Shown here: positions 1 through 9,410 of the stretch, piece by piece | Position numbering within the stretch: the stretch's first letter is position 1 | Layout of the letters: every line of letters begins with the position of its first letter | Source of the DNA: a virus | Lineage: Duplodnaviria; Caudoviricetes | Length of the DNA: 64,000 nt | Virus record (IMG/VR): IMGVR_UViG_3300031420_000495 | Coordinates: 96,001-160,000 of that record | Direction: 5' to 3' (one strand) | The notes under the pieces: generated by a model | The model's database searches: none | What the model saw: the letters and a program-made list of their open reading frames with translations, nothing else | What the model was told of the DNA's origin: nothing | Position numbers and translations under genes: made by a program

Positions 1-521
1 ATACCACCGCCAATCACATCATCGACTGTCTTCCAGCCGGTCGAGATAACTGGGTCTTCGAGTTCATTGGCTTCGAGTCGCGCAAGTGGATTGTCGAAGT
101 AGTCGATACCGAAATCAGACAGCAGGCCGATTTCAGTTGCACGCTTCATCTGTGCAACCATCGTGCCGAGGTCGCCCTTCTCGAAATAACCGTCCTTGCC
201 CGTAGCGCGCTGGATAACCTGAATGCAGGCTTGGAACTTGCAGAACATCGCAATCTGTTCTGCCACGAACTGAATGTCCTGCCTTGGCAAGTGGACAACG
301 TCAGTGGCTAGCTTGGTTGCTGCAGTGAACACGCTCGACGCAGGAACTGCGCGGTACTCCTGGAAATAGTCCTGGATGAACTTCACGCCTTTCGCAAGGT
401 GCGGATCAAAATACGAGGCATCGATGAGATTGTTGACCCGGCCAAAGAGCTCTGGGTTCGACAACATCGAGTTGATGTAAAGACGCTGGGCGTCTTCATC
501 CATGAGTGGTACGTCATTCAA
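1..521 (-). CDS. Replicative DNA helicase, DnaB/T4 gp41-like (N-terminal part; runs off the window)
   Basis: Manual translation from TTG at 521 (RBS GAGGAG): ..MDEDAQRLYINSMLSNPELF..DPVISTGWKTVDDVIGGG, the STGW..D..IGGG lead-in to the DnaB ATPase domain; directly downstream of primase. Confidence 0.8.
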   Translation of the reverse strand, partial: MNDVPLMDEDAQRLYINSMLSNPELFGRVNNLIDASYFDPHLAKGVKFIQDYFQEYRAVPASSVFTAATKLATDVVHLPRQDIQFVAEQIAMFCKFQACIQVIQRATGKDGYFEKGDLGTMVAQMKRATEIGLLSDFGIDYFDNPLARLEANELEDPVISTGWKTVDDVIGGG

Positions 522-522
522 A

Positions 523-1530
523 TTATTTTCTCCTCAATCGTGCTTCCATCAGTCCCATGTTGAGGCTAATAGAAGATTGTAACATGTTCGTTTTGGTCGT
601 CGCGTTTTTAAGAAGACTGTAGGCCGTGTACGGCAGGCCGAACTTCACGACGGAATCGTTGATGTCATTTGCTCGAATGTCAACGAACGTTAGTTCCCAG
701 CCGTGTTGGAGAACTGTCTTGCCAAGTGCGCCACCAGTCTGGTCTCGGTCGATGACGAAGATCAGCCTGCGTTTCGTACGCTTCAGGATTTCTACCTTCG
801 CTGCATTCAGCGATGATCCCAGGATACAAATGCCGTCGACCATCATTGCGTCGAATACGCCTTCAGTGACGAACAGCGGTGCAGCTTCGTATGAGTGCAG
901 CTGGTCGTAGCCGAAGATGATCGCATCTTTCGCAGTGCTTGGATTTTTGTACCGTGGCTTTACGTCCGGATCAATCGTGCGAGCCTGCCAATAAATCAGT
1001 TTGCCGTCACGCCAATATGGTATAATGACCCGACGCAGAAACTTCGGATCAAGGCTGAAATAGCACGTGTGCTGCAGCGGATCGATCTTGCGGCTTATCA
1101 GATACTCCAGAATCGGTTCCTGGAGTTCTTCATGGCCTTCGGAAAGCAATGCGCGCGTACGGTCTGGGAATGCAATCTCGGGCGTATGCAGCTTGACCTT
1201 GGTCACATTCTCAAGAGAGATTTCAGATTCCTCCGGCGGCTTGAGGAAAATGCTTGATGTCAGTTCGCGAAGAACTTCGCGTGTGATGCCGAAGCACTCA
1301 AGGATGTCCTTGGCATTCTTCGACAGTTTGCCAGTTCCTTCTTCGTACTTAAATTTTGATTGACAGTTCCAGCAGGAATATCCTGTGGTATCACCATCGA
1401 ATTTGAATCCGCCACGTTCTTGATAGTCATGGCAAACGGGGCACCGCAGATTATAAAAGCCAGTTGGGCTGATATTACCGAGCGGAACCCGTTCTTGGAT
1501 TATGGAGGCGAGAGTTTTCTGTTCGAGCAT
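523..1530 (-). CDS. DNA primase, T4 gp61-like
   Basis: CPVC..CWNC zinc finger; TOPRIM TEGVFD and DRD motifs. Confidence 0.9.
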   Translation of the reverse strand: MLEQKTLASIIQERVPLGNISPTGFYNLRCPVCHDYQERGGFKFDGDTTGYSCWNCQSKFKYEEGTGKLSKNAKDILECFGITREVLRELTSSIFLKPPEESEISLENVTKVKLHTPEIAFPDRTRALLSEGHEELQEPILEYLISRKIDPLQHTCYFSLDPKFLRRVIIPYWRDGKLIYWQARTIDPDVKPRYKNPSTAKDAIIFGYDQLHSYEAAPLFVTEGVFDAMMVDGICILGSSLNAAKVEILKRTKRRLIFVIDRDQTGGALGKTVLQHGWELTFVDIRANDINDSVVKFGLPYTAYSLLKNATTKTNMLQSSISLNMGLMEARLRRK

Positions 1531-1566
1531 GTCAAGATTATAACATGCTCGAGTTGCTACAGAGAA

Positions 1567-2178
1567 TTATTTTGCGAATTGGGTATACCAGTGAACGGTA
1601 TTCATATTCACTGCTTCTCCGTTCGGACCACGAACTTGGCTTGCAGGAACACCAGCCATCAGTTCGTTAAAAATGTGTTGGCCGATACCTTTTGCCGTAC
1701 CAGCGCGGCAAGCTTCGATGTGACGCCTGTTCGATTCAGTCAGCGTGCTGTCATCCGAAACGGTGGCAGTCAACAGGCGACGGATGAGACGCTTTGCTTC
1801 AGCCGAATAGAATTCACGAATTTCAGTACGGTTGAGAATACCACGATACGTGCTAACATCGAGCCTAACAGCTTCATCGCCGAATTCAGCTTTCACTGCG
1901 TGAAGCAGTGCGGTATAGAACGGGGTGAGATTTTTGCCGGAGTTGCTTTGCGCACCGGTGTAGCCGAAAGCGTTCAGGCGATTTGCAGTGGAGGCGCGGA
2001 CAAGACGTTCCAGCGAAAGATCGTCGAGCTCTTCGACAGACGTGTCGGCAAACAGATCGATGATGTAGTCGAAGGCACGATAGCCTTCGTTGCACGCTTT
2101 GGCTTGCTCGTTGAGGTTGCGCACTTTCCAGCCGTTGAGAGTGGAGCGGATTTGGGACGCGCGAAGGGAATTAGACAT
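1567..2178 (-). CDS. Hypothetical protein
   Basis: 203 aa ORF with RBS, downstream of a TGTACA-17-TATAAT promoter. Confidence 0.75.
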   Translation of the reverse strand: MSNSLRASQIRSTLNGWKVRNLNEQAKACNEGYRAFDYIIDLFADTSVEELDDLSLERLVRASTANRLNAFGYTGAQSNSGKNLTPFYTALLHAVKAEFGDEAVRLDVSTYRGILNRTEIREFYSAEAKRLIRRLLTATVSDDSTLTESNRRHIEACRAGTAKGIGQHIFNELMAGVPASQVRGPNGEAVNMNTVHWYTQFAK

Positions 2179-2236
2179 TTGAATCTCCAGGTTGTGAGAG
2201 TTAAGATCATCGACGTCTGTTTACGCCGATGAGTTC

Positions 2237-2265
2237 ATTATACACGCTTCTGACAAACGTGTACA
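2237..2265 (-). promoter_or_regulatory. Promoter TGTACA-N17-TATAAT
   Basis: Read directly; member of a 10-copy motif family. Confidence 0.75.
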
Positions 2266-2270
2266 GCTAT

Positions 2271-2630
2271 TTAAGGAAAATCTACATGAGGAGGATTCGC
2301 CATGGTTCTCGCTGTGTTTTCGGACCAACGAAAGTTGATTTGCTGACAAGCATTCCTCCCCACCATCAAAGCAGCTTGTTTGTTATCCGGAGACCGTTGA
2401 TAAAGTTTTGCTAAGGCATTACCACTTGCTGCCATTTGGGTTTTATCGACGGCAAGCTTTTGTACTTCTCTCGCTGCATCGTTGTGTCCGAGCATCATGT
2501 GGTAAGCTGCGCAATATCCGACTTGAATGTCATGTATTCGTTGCTGACTTCGCTCCAATCTTTGCTGTGGTGATTCGTTGGCAAATGCTGATGCTGAAAG
2601 AACTAATGCAATGAAAGCAAGTTTATACAT
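2271..2630 (-). CDS. Secreted/periplasmic hypothetical protein
   Basis: Start at MYKLAFIALVLSASAFA (Sec signal, AFA cleavage site), RBS GGAG. Confidence 0.65.
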   Translation of the reverse strand: MYKLAFIALVLSASAFANESPQQRLERSQQRIHDIQVGYCAAYHMMLGHNDAAREVQKLAVDKTQMAASGNALAKLYQRSPDNKQAALMVGRNACQQINFRWSENTARTMANPPHVDFP

Positions 2631-2641
2631 GACTCCCTCCT

Positions 2642-2839
2642 TTAGGGATAGTCGTAAGCGTTCTTCGGACCCTTGCACTCGATGATTACTTCGTGCTCAG
2701 GGTCTTTCAGAATTTTGTTGACCTCTCGCTTTATGCGAGTTCTTTGTTGTTTGGTTGATTCGAGAATCCAACCGCCATTGAGCCAGCTTGGGCGATCTTT
2801 GCGGTTCTTCGGTTTACGTGAATGATTGCTTCGTGACAC
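2642..2839 (-). CDS. Small basic hypothetical protein
   Basis: GTG start with AGGAG RBS. Confidence 0.55.
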   Translation of the reverse strand: MSRSNHSRKPKNRKDRPSWLNGGWILESTKQQRTRIKREVNKILKDPEHEVIIECKGPKNAYDYP

Positions 2840-2900
2840 GATGTGCTCCTTGGTTGTGGGAAACACAATCGCGTCGTCTTTTGTTTGTAAGCGTACGTTT

Positions 2901-5153
2901 TCATCTTGTTCGAATATCCAGTGCGAAGAATTCTTCTATCGGGTTGTCGTTTGGATCAAGCGCATCCAGATAATGGTCAATCGCTTTGTCCAGATCGTTC
3001 ATTAGTGGGATGTTTCTCGTGTGACCGCTATTTAGCCCACTATTCGTTGGACGCGGTGCTTTGTAGCCACACGAATCCAAAGTGATCGGTTTGATCAGGT
3101 TCGTATCCAATCCAGCCTTCGTTGCGACCTTAATTGCGAACTCGTACCATGTCACTGGCGTGAAGTTCGTCAAGTGCCAGATACCTTTCGACCTGTCAAC
3201 AATCAAGTCGAGCACAACGTTCACCAGCTCCGGAATGTATGTTGGCGTGACCGTGACGTCTGTCAACGCTTCAAACTCTTCACCAGCTTGCAGGCGGTTC
3301 ATCATGACAGTCGCAAAGTTGTGGCTGTCCCATGGTCCGAAGAAAGCACTCGTGCGAACAATGAGCGGACTGTAACCGAGTTGATGCACACCTTTTTCCA
3401 TCATGCGCTTCGACTTGCCGTAGACGTTCATCGGATACGGAACATCACTTTCACCATACGGCTCTTTGTATCGACCGTCGAAAACGAGGTCTGTCGAGAA
3501 CAGTGTGCAGTGAATGCCGAGCTTGTGGCATGTGCCAGCAAGCAGCACTGCACCAACGGTGTTTGCGGCAATGCAAGCATCAACATCATTCTCTGCATCA
3601 TCGACGCGAACATAACCACCGCAGTTGATGACTGCCCATGGTTTGTATTCTTCCAGCGTTTTCATGATCGATTCGGGATCGGTCAGATTCATTTCCTGAC
3701 GGCTCACGAGTTTGTACGTGATGTTGCGTCGACGACAAATGCGAGCGAATGCAGTGCCGAGAGTTCCAGTCGCTCCGGTAATCAGAAGCGGCTGAGTATC
3801 CGTTGTACATTCCTGGCGAATCAGTTCTGTGTTCGCTTCAGTCGTTTCGATTGGCTCACAAAGGAATCGGTGTTCCATTCTCCACCAGCCAGTACCACAG
3901 ATGATTGGATGCGTTGGGTACTTGCCATCACCCAACTCTTTCATCATCTCAGCTAAAGCAGTTGGTCGTGGTCGCATGAAGCGAACATCGAGCGGACCGG
4001 GTTCATAATAACCGTTGCACGCCGACACCAGGCAGTTCCAGTCGAACGCGCCAAGCAGCGACCAGACAGTCACTGCACGAACATCAGCACCGGTTACTTT
4101 TGCTTGCAGCGCAGCATCCCATACTTCGAGCAGCCAACGCATCTGGTCTTCGCGATTCGCATCGATGTGAGCTTCAGTCACTGCGATCGGCAAACCATAA
4201 CGTTCCCACGTGTCCATGATGAGTGGACCAATACCAGACGTTGGAATCTTCAGGGCACGTGCTGTTTCGATGTCAGCAATCGTACGACCACCAATATTTC
4301 CGTGGCGACTCTCTGGAAAGAGTTCAGCGCGATGATCGATCCAGCGTTCACTGGTCACGTAGAAATTCAGGCCGATAATGTCTGGCTTGCAGAAGTTCTC
4401 TTTGAACCAAAGAATTTCTGCTGGATCAGCTTGCCCGTCGACAGTCAGGTAGTTCCACATGACGTGGTTCTCGTCGATCATGCCGCACAGCAAGTCCCAC
4501 GTCAACCAGCGGCGGTCGTTGTAGAAGCGGACAAGATATTGCATTTCGCCGGTGCCATACGATTTGCCGATGTCATCAGTCTGAACCAGCTTCGCAGTTG
4601 GGTTGACTTTACGAATCTCACGCATGGATAGTACGACGCCCTTGCACTGATTCAACAGCGCTTTGACAAACGTCTTGTCGTCGTGACCGTGCGGATACCA
4701 GACCCCGTAGAGTCCAGAGAAGCGCGCGGTGGTAAGCGGTTCATTTACCGGTGTGTAGTACTCGAGCCAAGGATACCGTGCTGCAACAGCACCGGCATAC
4801 TCTGCAAGTTTTTCCGGGAAGTCCGGATCAACAAGGCTCGTGTGACGTGGACCACTTCCGTGGTGTAGAAGACCCGCGATGGGTGTAATGTTGACGGCAC
4901 GAAGTGCCTCCAGTCTTTCGTCAGACCAACTCCAGTCGGCCGTCTCGATACTCTCAGGCGCATGACGTTCCCAGAGCACTGGGTAACGAATTGCCTTGAT
5001 GTTGAGAGAAGCGAAACGGTCGATGTCGTCGCGACGCGTTTCGTGGCCGTTGCGATCTAGTTGAGTGTGGTAATCATCGCGGACACGGTTTACCGTGCAT
5101 TCCAATCCGCCCCAAAGTTGAAGCGATTGGCCCTGCATTTCATCATTGTCCAT
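2901..5153 (-). CDS. Glycoside hydrolase family 1 fused to dTDP-4-dehydrorhamnose reductase (RmlD-like SDR)
   Basis: GH1: WGGLEC, TPVNEP (acid/base), AVTEAH (nucleophile). SDR: ITGATGTLG Rossmann motif and YGKSK catalytic motif. Confidence 0.9.
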   Translation of the reverse strand: MDNDEMQGQSLQLWGGLECTVNRVRDDYHTQLDRNGHETRRDDIDRFASLNIKAIRYPVLWERHAPESIETADWSWSDERLEALRAVNITPIAGLLHHGSGPRHTSLVDPDFPEKLAEYAGAVAARYPWLEYYTPVNEPLTTARFSGLYGVWYPHGHDDKTFVKALLNQCKGVVLSMREIRKVNPTAKLVQTDDIGKSYGTGEMQYLVRFYNDRRWLTWDLLCGMIDENHVMWNYLTVDGQADPAEILWFKENFCKPDIIGLNFYVTSERWIDHRAELFPESRHGNIGGRTIADIETARALKIPTSGIGPLIMDTWERYGLPIAVTEAHIDANREDQMRWLLEVWDAALQAKVTGADVRAVTVWSLLGAFDWNCLVSACNGYYEPGPLDVRFMRPRPTALAEMMKELGDGKYPTHPIICGTGWWRMEHRFLCEPIETTEANTELIRQECTTDTQPLLITGATGTLGTAFARICRRRNITYKLVSRQEMNLTDPESIMKTLEEYKPWAVINCGGYVRVDDAENDVDACIAANTVGAVLLAGTCHKLGIHCTLFSTDLVFDGRYKEPYGESDVPYPMNVYGKSKRMMEKGVHQLGYSPLIVRTSAFFGPWDSHNFATVMMNRLQAGEEFEALTDVTVTPTYIPELVNVVLDLIVDRSKGIWHLTNFTPVTWYEFAIKVATKAGLDTNLIKPITLDSCGYKAPRPTNSGLNSGHTRNIPLMNDLDKAIDHYLDALDPNDNPIEEFFALDIRTR

Positions 5154-5181
5154 TTAGTACCTGAATTGTGAAGAGGATTTC

Positions 5182-5187
5182 TATTTA
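5182..5187 (-). promoter_or_regulatory. T4-type late promoter TAAATA upstream of GH1-RmlD
   Basis: TAAATA about 30 nt upstream of the ATG. Confidence 0.55.
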
Positions 5188-5191
5188 CAGT

Positions 5192-5830
5192 TTACAATTT
5201 GCCCTTGCGCTTATATGCCGCAAGTTTTTCTCTTCCCTCTACTGCGTAGTGGAAATCATCGCCAACACTCTGCACACCAGTGGGTCCACGATTATATGCG
5301 TTCGTCAATTTCGTTCCACTCAGTCCGTAATCCTTCTGAAGAATTTTCACGTACTTCGCTGCGATTTCGATGTTGAACTTCTCGTTGAGGATCAAGTTAG
5401 CCTTGACTTCGTCATCAGTGTGAGTGTGGAAGTCATATTTCTTGTAGAGACCTGGGTTGCGATCCAACACATGTCGGGTGGCGGCTAGCTTGATCTGCAT
5501 CGGGCCGTAATAAGCATTCGGACCAGCATTAGCTACTTTGTAAGACGGTGCAGTTCCAGCACCTGTTTCCTGCAGCAGAATGACCTGCATTGTTTCCGGG
5601 TTGACTCCTTCTGCCTTAGCGGCTGCGTAGGCTTGTTGAAGAAGACGTGCTTGCTTGTTGCTTAGATTTTGCGGAAGGAGGACAGCATTCGAACCTCCCA
5701 TAACTTTGCCGGGTTTCTCGGCGATAACAGCTGTTGCGACTGGAACTGGCAGTTCTTCAAACATCTTATAACCACCGTAGATTGTTCCTGATGCGACGAC
5801 CGCCATTACTGCGATTACTCGATACATCAT
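5192..5830 (-). CDS. Lytic transglycosylase (SLT domain) with N-terminal membrane anchor
   Basis: ILLQET catalytic Glu, YGPMQI, AYNRGP motifs; N-terminal hydrophobic helix. Confidence 0.8.
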   Translation of the reverse strand: MMYRVIAVMAVVASGTIYGGYKMFEELPVPVATAVIAEKPGKVMGGSNAVLLPQNLSNKQARLLQQAYAAAKAEGVNPETMQVILLQETGAGTAPSYKVANAGPNAYYGPMQIKLAATRHVLDRNPGLYKKYDFHTHTDDEVKANLILNEKFNIEIAAKYVKILQKDYGLSGTKLTNAYNRGPTGVQSVGDDFHYAVEGREKLAAYKRKGKL

Positions 5831-5916
5831 ATATTTTTCTCCTTAAAATTTCGACCTAACTTCAGACCGAAGCGCACATAATACCACAAAGAATGACAAT
5901 ATTCAACGCAAAAATA

Positions 5917-5938
5917 AAAGGGACCCGAAGGTCCCTTT
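5917..5938. terminator. Intrinsic terminator, UUCG-loop hairpin
   Basis: AAAGGGACC-CGAA-GGTCCCTTT with T tracts; same stem at 29134 and 54315. Confidence 0.8.
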
Positions 5939-5955
5939 CGCGGGATAAATCTGAG

Positions 5956-6261
5956 TTACATGCCGAATCTCTTTTTCAGCTCTTCCATATACGCGTTGAC
6001 TTCTTCTTGCGGAGCGTCAATGTCTATATGAAATACTTTACGAGGCGAGTAATCACGATGAATTACGGAGAAGGTCACGCCAGTTTCATGCGCTACCGCA
6101 AACATCATCATTGGCTGATCGCCAAAGATTTCTTTGAATTGCGGCTTAACGTCTTCCAGATATTTCTTCGCTGCCACAGGCGGCATTTGTCCAACACCGA
6201 CGTTCACAACTAGAACGTCGTGTTCACTCAATCGGACAGATGGAATGTTGGCGAATTCCAT
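5956..6261 (-). CDS. Small protein with two portal (gp20)-like segments
   Basis: Likely start MEFANIP; segments VNVGVGQMPPVAAKKYLEDV and PRKVFHIDIDAPQEEVNAYMEEL. Confidence 0.6.
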   Translation of the reverse strand: MEFANIPSVRLSEHDVLVVNVGVGQMPPVAAKKYLEDVKPQFKEIFGDQPMMMFAVAHETGVTFSVIHRDYSPRKVFHIDIDAPQEEVNAYMEELKKRFGM

Positions 6262-6262
6262 G

Positions 6263-6694
6263 TTAGAACTTTGGCTGTTCGCTCGAAACTTGTGCACCAC
6301 GTGGGTCGGAGAATTCCGAACCGATGATCTTGTCGCTGCCGTAGACGTCGATCGATGCCAGACCACCGCCGAGGATCGCGCCACGTGGACGTTTGATCTT
6401 GACGTAGTTCATGTGGAAGAAGTCAAGCGGGTTCAGACCGTTGTTCAGTTGACCTTGCGACAGGAGTTCCCACAGTGGGTATTTGTCCGAGTGAACGGAG
6501 ACGATGAACTTCTTCAGACGTGCTTTGTCGATTGGGTGGAGCTTGTCGACTTCGATACCGTAGATCGAACCGTCTGGAGCTTCCATGACGACTGCGATTT
6601 CTTTCAGAAGACCGTCGTCGTTCCAGTCGATCAGATAGACGTGGCGCAGGTCGGTTGGGCGCTTCTCAATTTTTGCTGGGGCTTGTTGTGCCAT
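6263..6694 (-). CDS. Hypothetical late protein
   Basis: 143 aa ORF; TAAATA at 6748-6753. Confidence 0.7.
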   Translation of the reverse strand: MAQQAPAKIEKRPTDLRHVYLIDWNDDGLLKEIAVVMEAPDGSIYGIEVDKLHPIDKARLKKFIVSVHSDKYPLWELLSQGQLNNGLNPLDFFHMNYVKIKRPRGAILGGGLASIDVYGSDKIIGSEFSDPRGAQVSSEQPKF

Positions 6695-6790
6695 TTGTGT
6701 ATCTCCTAGGTGTTATCAGGTGAGAGCGCATCGCTCTCATTCACGATTATTTATAGGAGAAAAAAGGCGTATTTTTGTGATCCAATAAAA

Positions 6791-6811
6791 AATCCCGCGC
6801 ATGGCGGGATT
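6791..6811. terminator. Intrinsic terminator
   Basis: AATCCCGC-GCATG-GCGGGATT with a T6 tract on the minus strand. Confidence 0.8.
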
Positions 6812-6831
6812 CTTATTTGTCAGCTAATGCT
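6810..6831 (+). repeat. Terminator-adjacent repeat, copy 1 (TTCTTATTTGTCAGCTAATGCT)
   Basis: Exact 22-mer also at 20963-20984 (+) and 56325-56346 (-). Confidence 0.85.
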
Positions 6832-6834
6832 CTA

Positions 6835-7200
6835 TTATTCGTGTCGGTATGATTCGTCAGTGCGATCGTACTCGGCGAGCTTCAGTGCTTTCTCTTCGGG
6901 CAGATGTTTGTAGATATGCGTTTGAATGTCGAGCACGAACATGTTGAGTCGATCGCAGGCATCTTTCAGATTGCCTGCGTCGATGAAAGCTTCGATCTTG
7001 TCGACTTCGGATTTCCAGACGAATTCTTTGACGAACGGCGCAAGGTCTTCCGGCTCGTAGCTTTCCAGATCGGAATCGAACTGCACGAGGTCTTCAGCAA
7101 CAGCGATGTCGGTCAGACCCATGAAGGTGTGACCGTTGTCGATTGCGTTCTGCATGGCTTCGAATACCAGCGCTTTGATTTGTTCGTCGAGCAGCAGCAT
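6835..7200 (-). CDS. Hypothetical protein
   Basis: 121 aa acidic ORF with GGAG RBS. Confidence 0.7.
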   Translation of the reverse strand: MLLLDEQIKALVFEAMQNAIDNGHTFMGLTDIAVAEDLVQFDSDLESYEPEDLAPFVKEFVWKSEVDKIEAFIDAGNLKDACDRLNMFVLDIQTHIYKHLPEEKALKLAEYDRTDESYRHE

Positions 7201-7224
7201 AATTCCTCCAATGTCAATGGAAGA

Positions 7225-7253
7225 ATTATACCACTAGCTCGAAAGAAAGTACA
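7225..7253 (-). promoter_or_regulatory. Promoter TGTACT-N17-TATAAT
   Basis: Read directly. Confidence 0.75.
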
Positions 7254-7256
7254 GCG

Positions 7257-8294
7257 TTAGAACACCAGTGTTGTCTTGCGTTTTGGTTTGACAGTCAGCG
7301 ACGGCTCGTCACGTGATTCGCCTTTGCTGCTGGCCGAACGTCCGGTGCTCGAGAACAACGGCACGAAGCTGGTTGCGTCTTCGCTGATTTTCTTCAGGCC
7401 GTACTTGCCGCAGAACTTCTGGAAGGCGAAGAAGTTGAACTGGCCGTGGTTGATGGTTTCATGGTTCAGCGTCTTGGCGATTTCATCGCGTACCCATTGC
7501 GGCTGACGTTCCAGGTTCATGAGGATTTGATTCTCTTCGAACAGATCACCAACGCGGAAGATGCGTTCTTCGCCGGTCGAAGGCTCATTGAATGTCCAGA
7601 CGTGGTTCATGCAGTTGGTACGTTCGAACTCGTCGACGTATGCTTTCTGCAAACGCGTGCTGCGAACTTTCGGATATGCTGGCATCACGTTGTCGCCTGC
7701 GTCGCCACGGAACGCTTTCTCGAACATGAAATACTCTGGGTCAATCTTGTTGCCCTTCTTGTCAGTGTCGCGTACGGCACCGAGCTTGTCTGGGTTCAAC
7801 AGCTTGAAGTTGGGATGCTTGAGGAGTTGGACGAAGTCTTTGTCGCCGGAAAGTCCGTAGGTCTCGTCACCTGCTTCGATGAATTCCGGAGCTGCATACT
7901 TCTGAACGTAGCCTGCAAACAGATCATCGCCTTCGACGTGTTCGTTGGACAGACAGACGATCGAGGTGTGTTCACGGCACAGGTTCTCAAATGACTTGAT
8001 GAGTTCGAAGAACGGAATCATCGAATCATCTTTAACGCGGTTCGCTTTGTAGATACGTTTCGAAACGCACTCGTCAGACTTCGTGTAGGCCTTGCGCCAG
8101 TTGTTTGCGCCTTCGAATGTCAGTGCGATTTCGTCTGGTCGCACCTTGTTGTAATGGGACTTCAGGGTGTTGAGGGCCATGTGTAAAGCCAGGCCAGCCT
8201 GATCTTCAGCGTCACCGCCCGCGTTATATTTTCCATGTGCAGCTGCAACACGGAACAAAATATTCGCCGTATCAACAATCATACGTTTGGTCAT
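7257..8294 (-). CDS. rnh: RNase H / 5'-3' flap exonuclease (T4 Rnh-like)
   Basis: IVDTAN, YKANR, EGDD, SGDKDFVQL, GDAGDNV motifs. Confidence 0.85.
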   Translation of the reverse strand: MTKRMIVDTANILFRVAAAHGKYNAGGDAEDQAGLALHMALNTLKSHYNKVRPDEIALTFEGANNWRKAYTKSDECVSKRIYKANRVKDDSMIPFFELIKSFENLCREHTSIVCLSNEHVEGDDLFAGYVQKYAAPEFIEAGDETYGLSGDKDFVQLLKHPNFKLLNPDKLGAVRDTDKKGNKIDPEYFMFEKAFRGDAGDNVMPAYPKVRSTRLQKAYVDEFERTNCMNHVWTFNEPSTGEERIFRVGDLFEENQILMNLERQPQWVRDEIAKTLNHETINHGQFNFFAFQKFCGKYGLKKISEDATSFVPLFSSTGRSASSKGESRDEPSLTVKPKRKTTLVF

Positions 8295-8298
8295 GATA

Positions 8299-8547
8299 CT
8301 ATTCCTTTGTGTTTACTTCTTGATATGCGAGTCGCTTATCACGCGTATTGATGTCTGTACAGAATTGTTGACCGTGCATACACTTGACAGGCATGCCACG
8401 GTTGTCGGAACTGCAGCAGTCGGCACAAATCCAGCCGCACTCCATTCGCGCGGCTTTCTTTGTCCAGTCACGCATTGCCTGGTCCATGCCTGAAATGACT
8501 TCGTCAAGTTCGGCTTGGGTGTTGCAGGCAGTTACTTTGACGAACAC
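8299..8547 (-). CDS. Cys-rich hypothetical protein
   Basis: CGWICADCC..CMH..C; RBS GGAG. Confidence 0.6.
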   Translation of the reverse strand: MFVKVTACNTQAELDEVISGMDQAMRDWTKKAARMECGWICADCCSSDNRGMPVKCMHGQQFCTDINTRDKRLAYQEVNTKE

Positions 8548-8741
8548 GGTAGGCTCCTTGCCAGGTGGATCAGATCGTATAAAATGCTGATGTCAACCCA
8601 GTTGCCTTTACCAGCGACGCATGCTTCTTCGAAACGAGTTTCGTCGATGGTTTCATTCTTTTGAAGAATGAGTTCCCTGGCAAGTTCTCGTTCGAACTCA
8701 TTCGCGATTACATCTGCAAGTTCAGGTCGCAGTTCGTCCAT
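8532..8741 (-). CDS. Hypothetical protein
   Basis: RBS GAGGA; fits operon packing. Confidence 0.6.
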   Translation of the reverse strand: MDELRPELADVIANEFERELARELILQKNETIDETRFEEACVAGKGNWVDISILYDLIHLARSLPCSSK

Positions 8742-8742
8742 G

Positions 8743-9051
8743 TTAGGTCCTCAATGTATGCGTGTCGCTCTGCAGATTTGGATGACCAGAAGAAATTGCC
8801 GGATCGTCTTCAGCACCGTCGAACTCGGTCGGACGTGCTTGTGCAGTGTAGAAGAACAACTGTACGCTGTCTTCTTCTGTCTCGGCCTTGAAACCGAGTG
8901 CGTGGATTTTCTCGATGAATGCCTTGTTCCAGTTCGTCTGAACCTTGATGCGGCCGTCATCTTCGAACCCTGTTACCTCGAACGAAGCCCAAGGTTCTTT
9001 GGAGGCATCGCGCCTCCAATCCAGCAGTTTCTCAAGAGCACTCTTTACCAT
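8743..9051 (-). CDS. Hypothetical protein
   Basis: Translationally coupled ORF. Confidence 0.65.
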   Translation of the reverse strand: MVKSALEKLLDWRRDASKEPWASFEVTGFEDDGRIKVQTNWNKAFIEKIHALGFKAETEEDSVQLFFYTAQARPTEFDGAEDDPAISSGHPNLQSDTHTLRT

Positions 9052-9410
9052 TGTGGCTTACTCGTGATTGACTTGACACCGTTCGTCAGTCGCAGAACTT
9101 CTGGCTCGATGACGGTGCGAATCCGGCTGTTAATCATTTCCTGGAAACCGAGTTCCAGGACGGAAGTAGTGATGTCGGTGACACTGTGCGAAGACAGGTT
9201 GGCGAACGACACGACGGCCGTCTGATGTTTCCCGCCGAAAGCGAGAGTGACGCGGCCATTCTGGGTTACTGGGTCGAGTTCAACCCCGACTTTTGGAACC
9301 CAACGTTCTTCTGCCTGGATTGCTGCAAGCTGCTTTTGCAAAGCCTGCACTTGCACTTCGAGATGGGTGACGTACTCGGCGCGGTTCTTTTCGAAATCTG
9401 TAGCTGACAT
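9045..9410 (-). CDS. Hypothetical coiled-coil protein
   Basis: TAATG coupling to the clamp gene. Confidence 0.65.
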   Translation of the reverse strand: MSATDFEKNRAEYVTHLEVQVQALQKQLAAIQAEERWVPKVGVELDPVTQNGRVTLAFGGKHQTAVVSFANLSSHSVTDITTSVLELGFQEMINSRIRTVIEPEVLRLTNGVKSITSKPQW

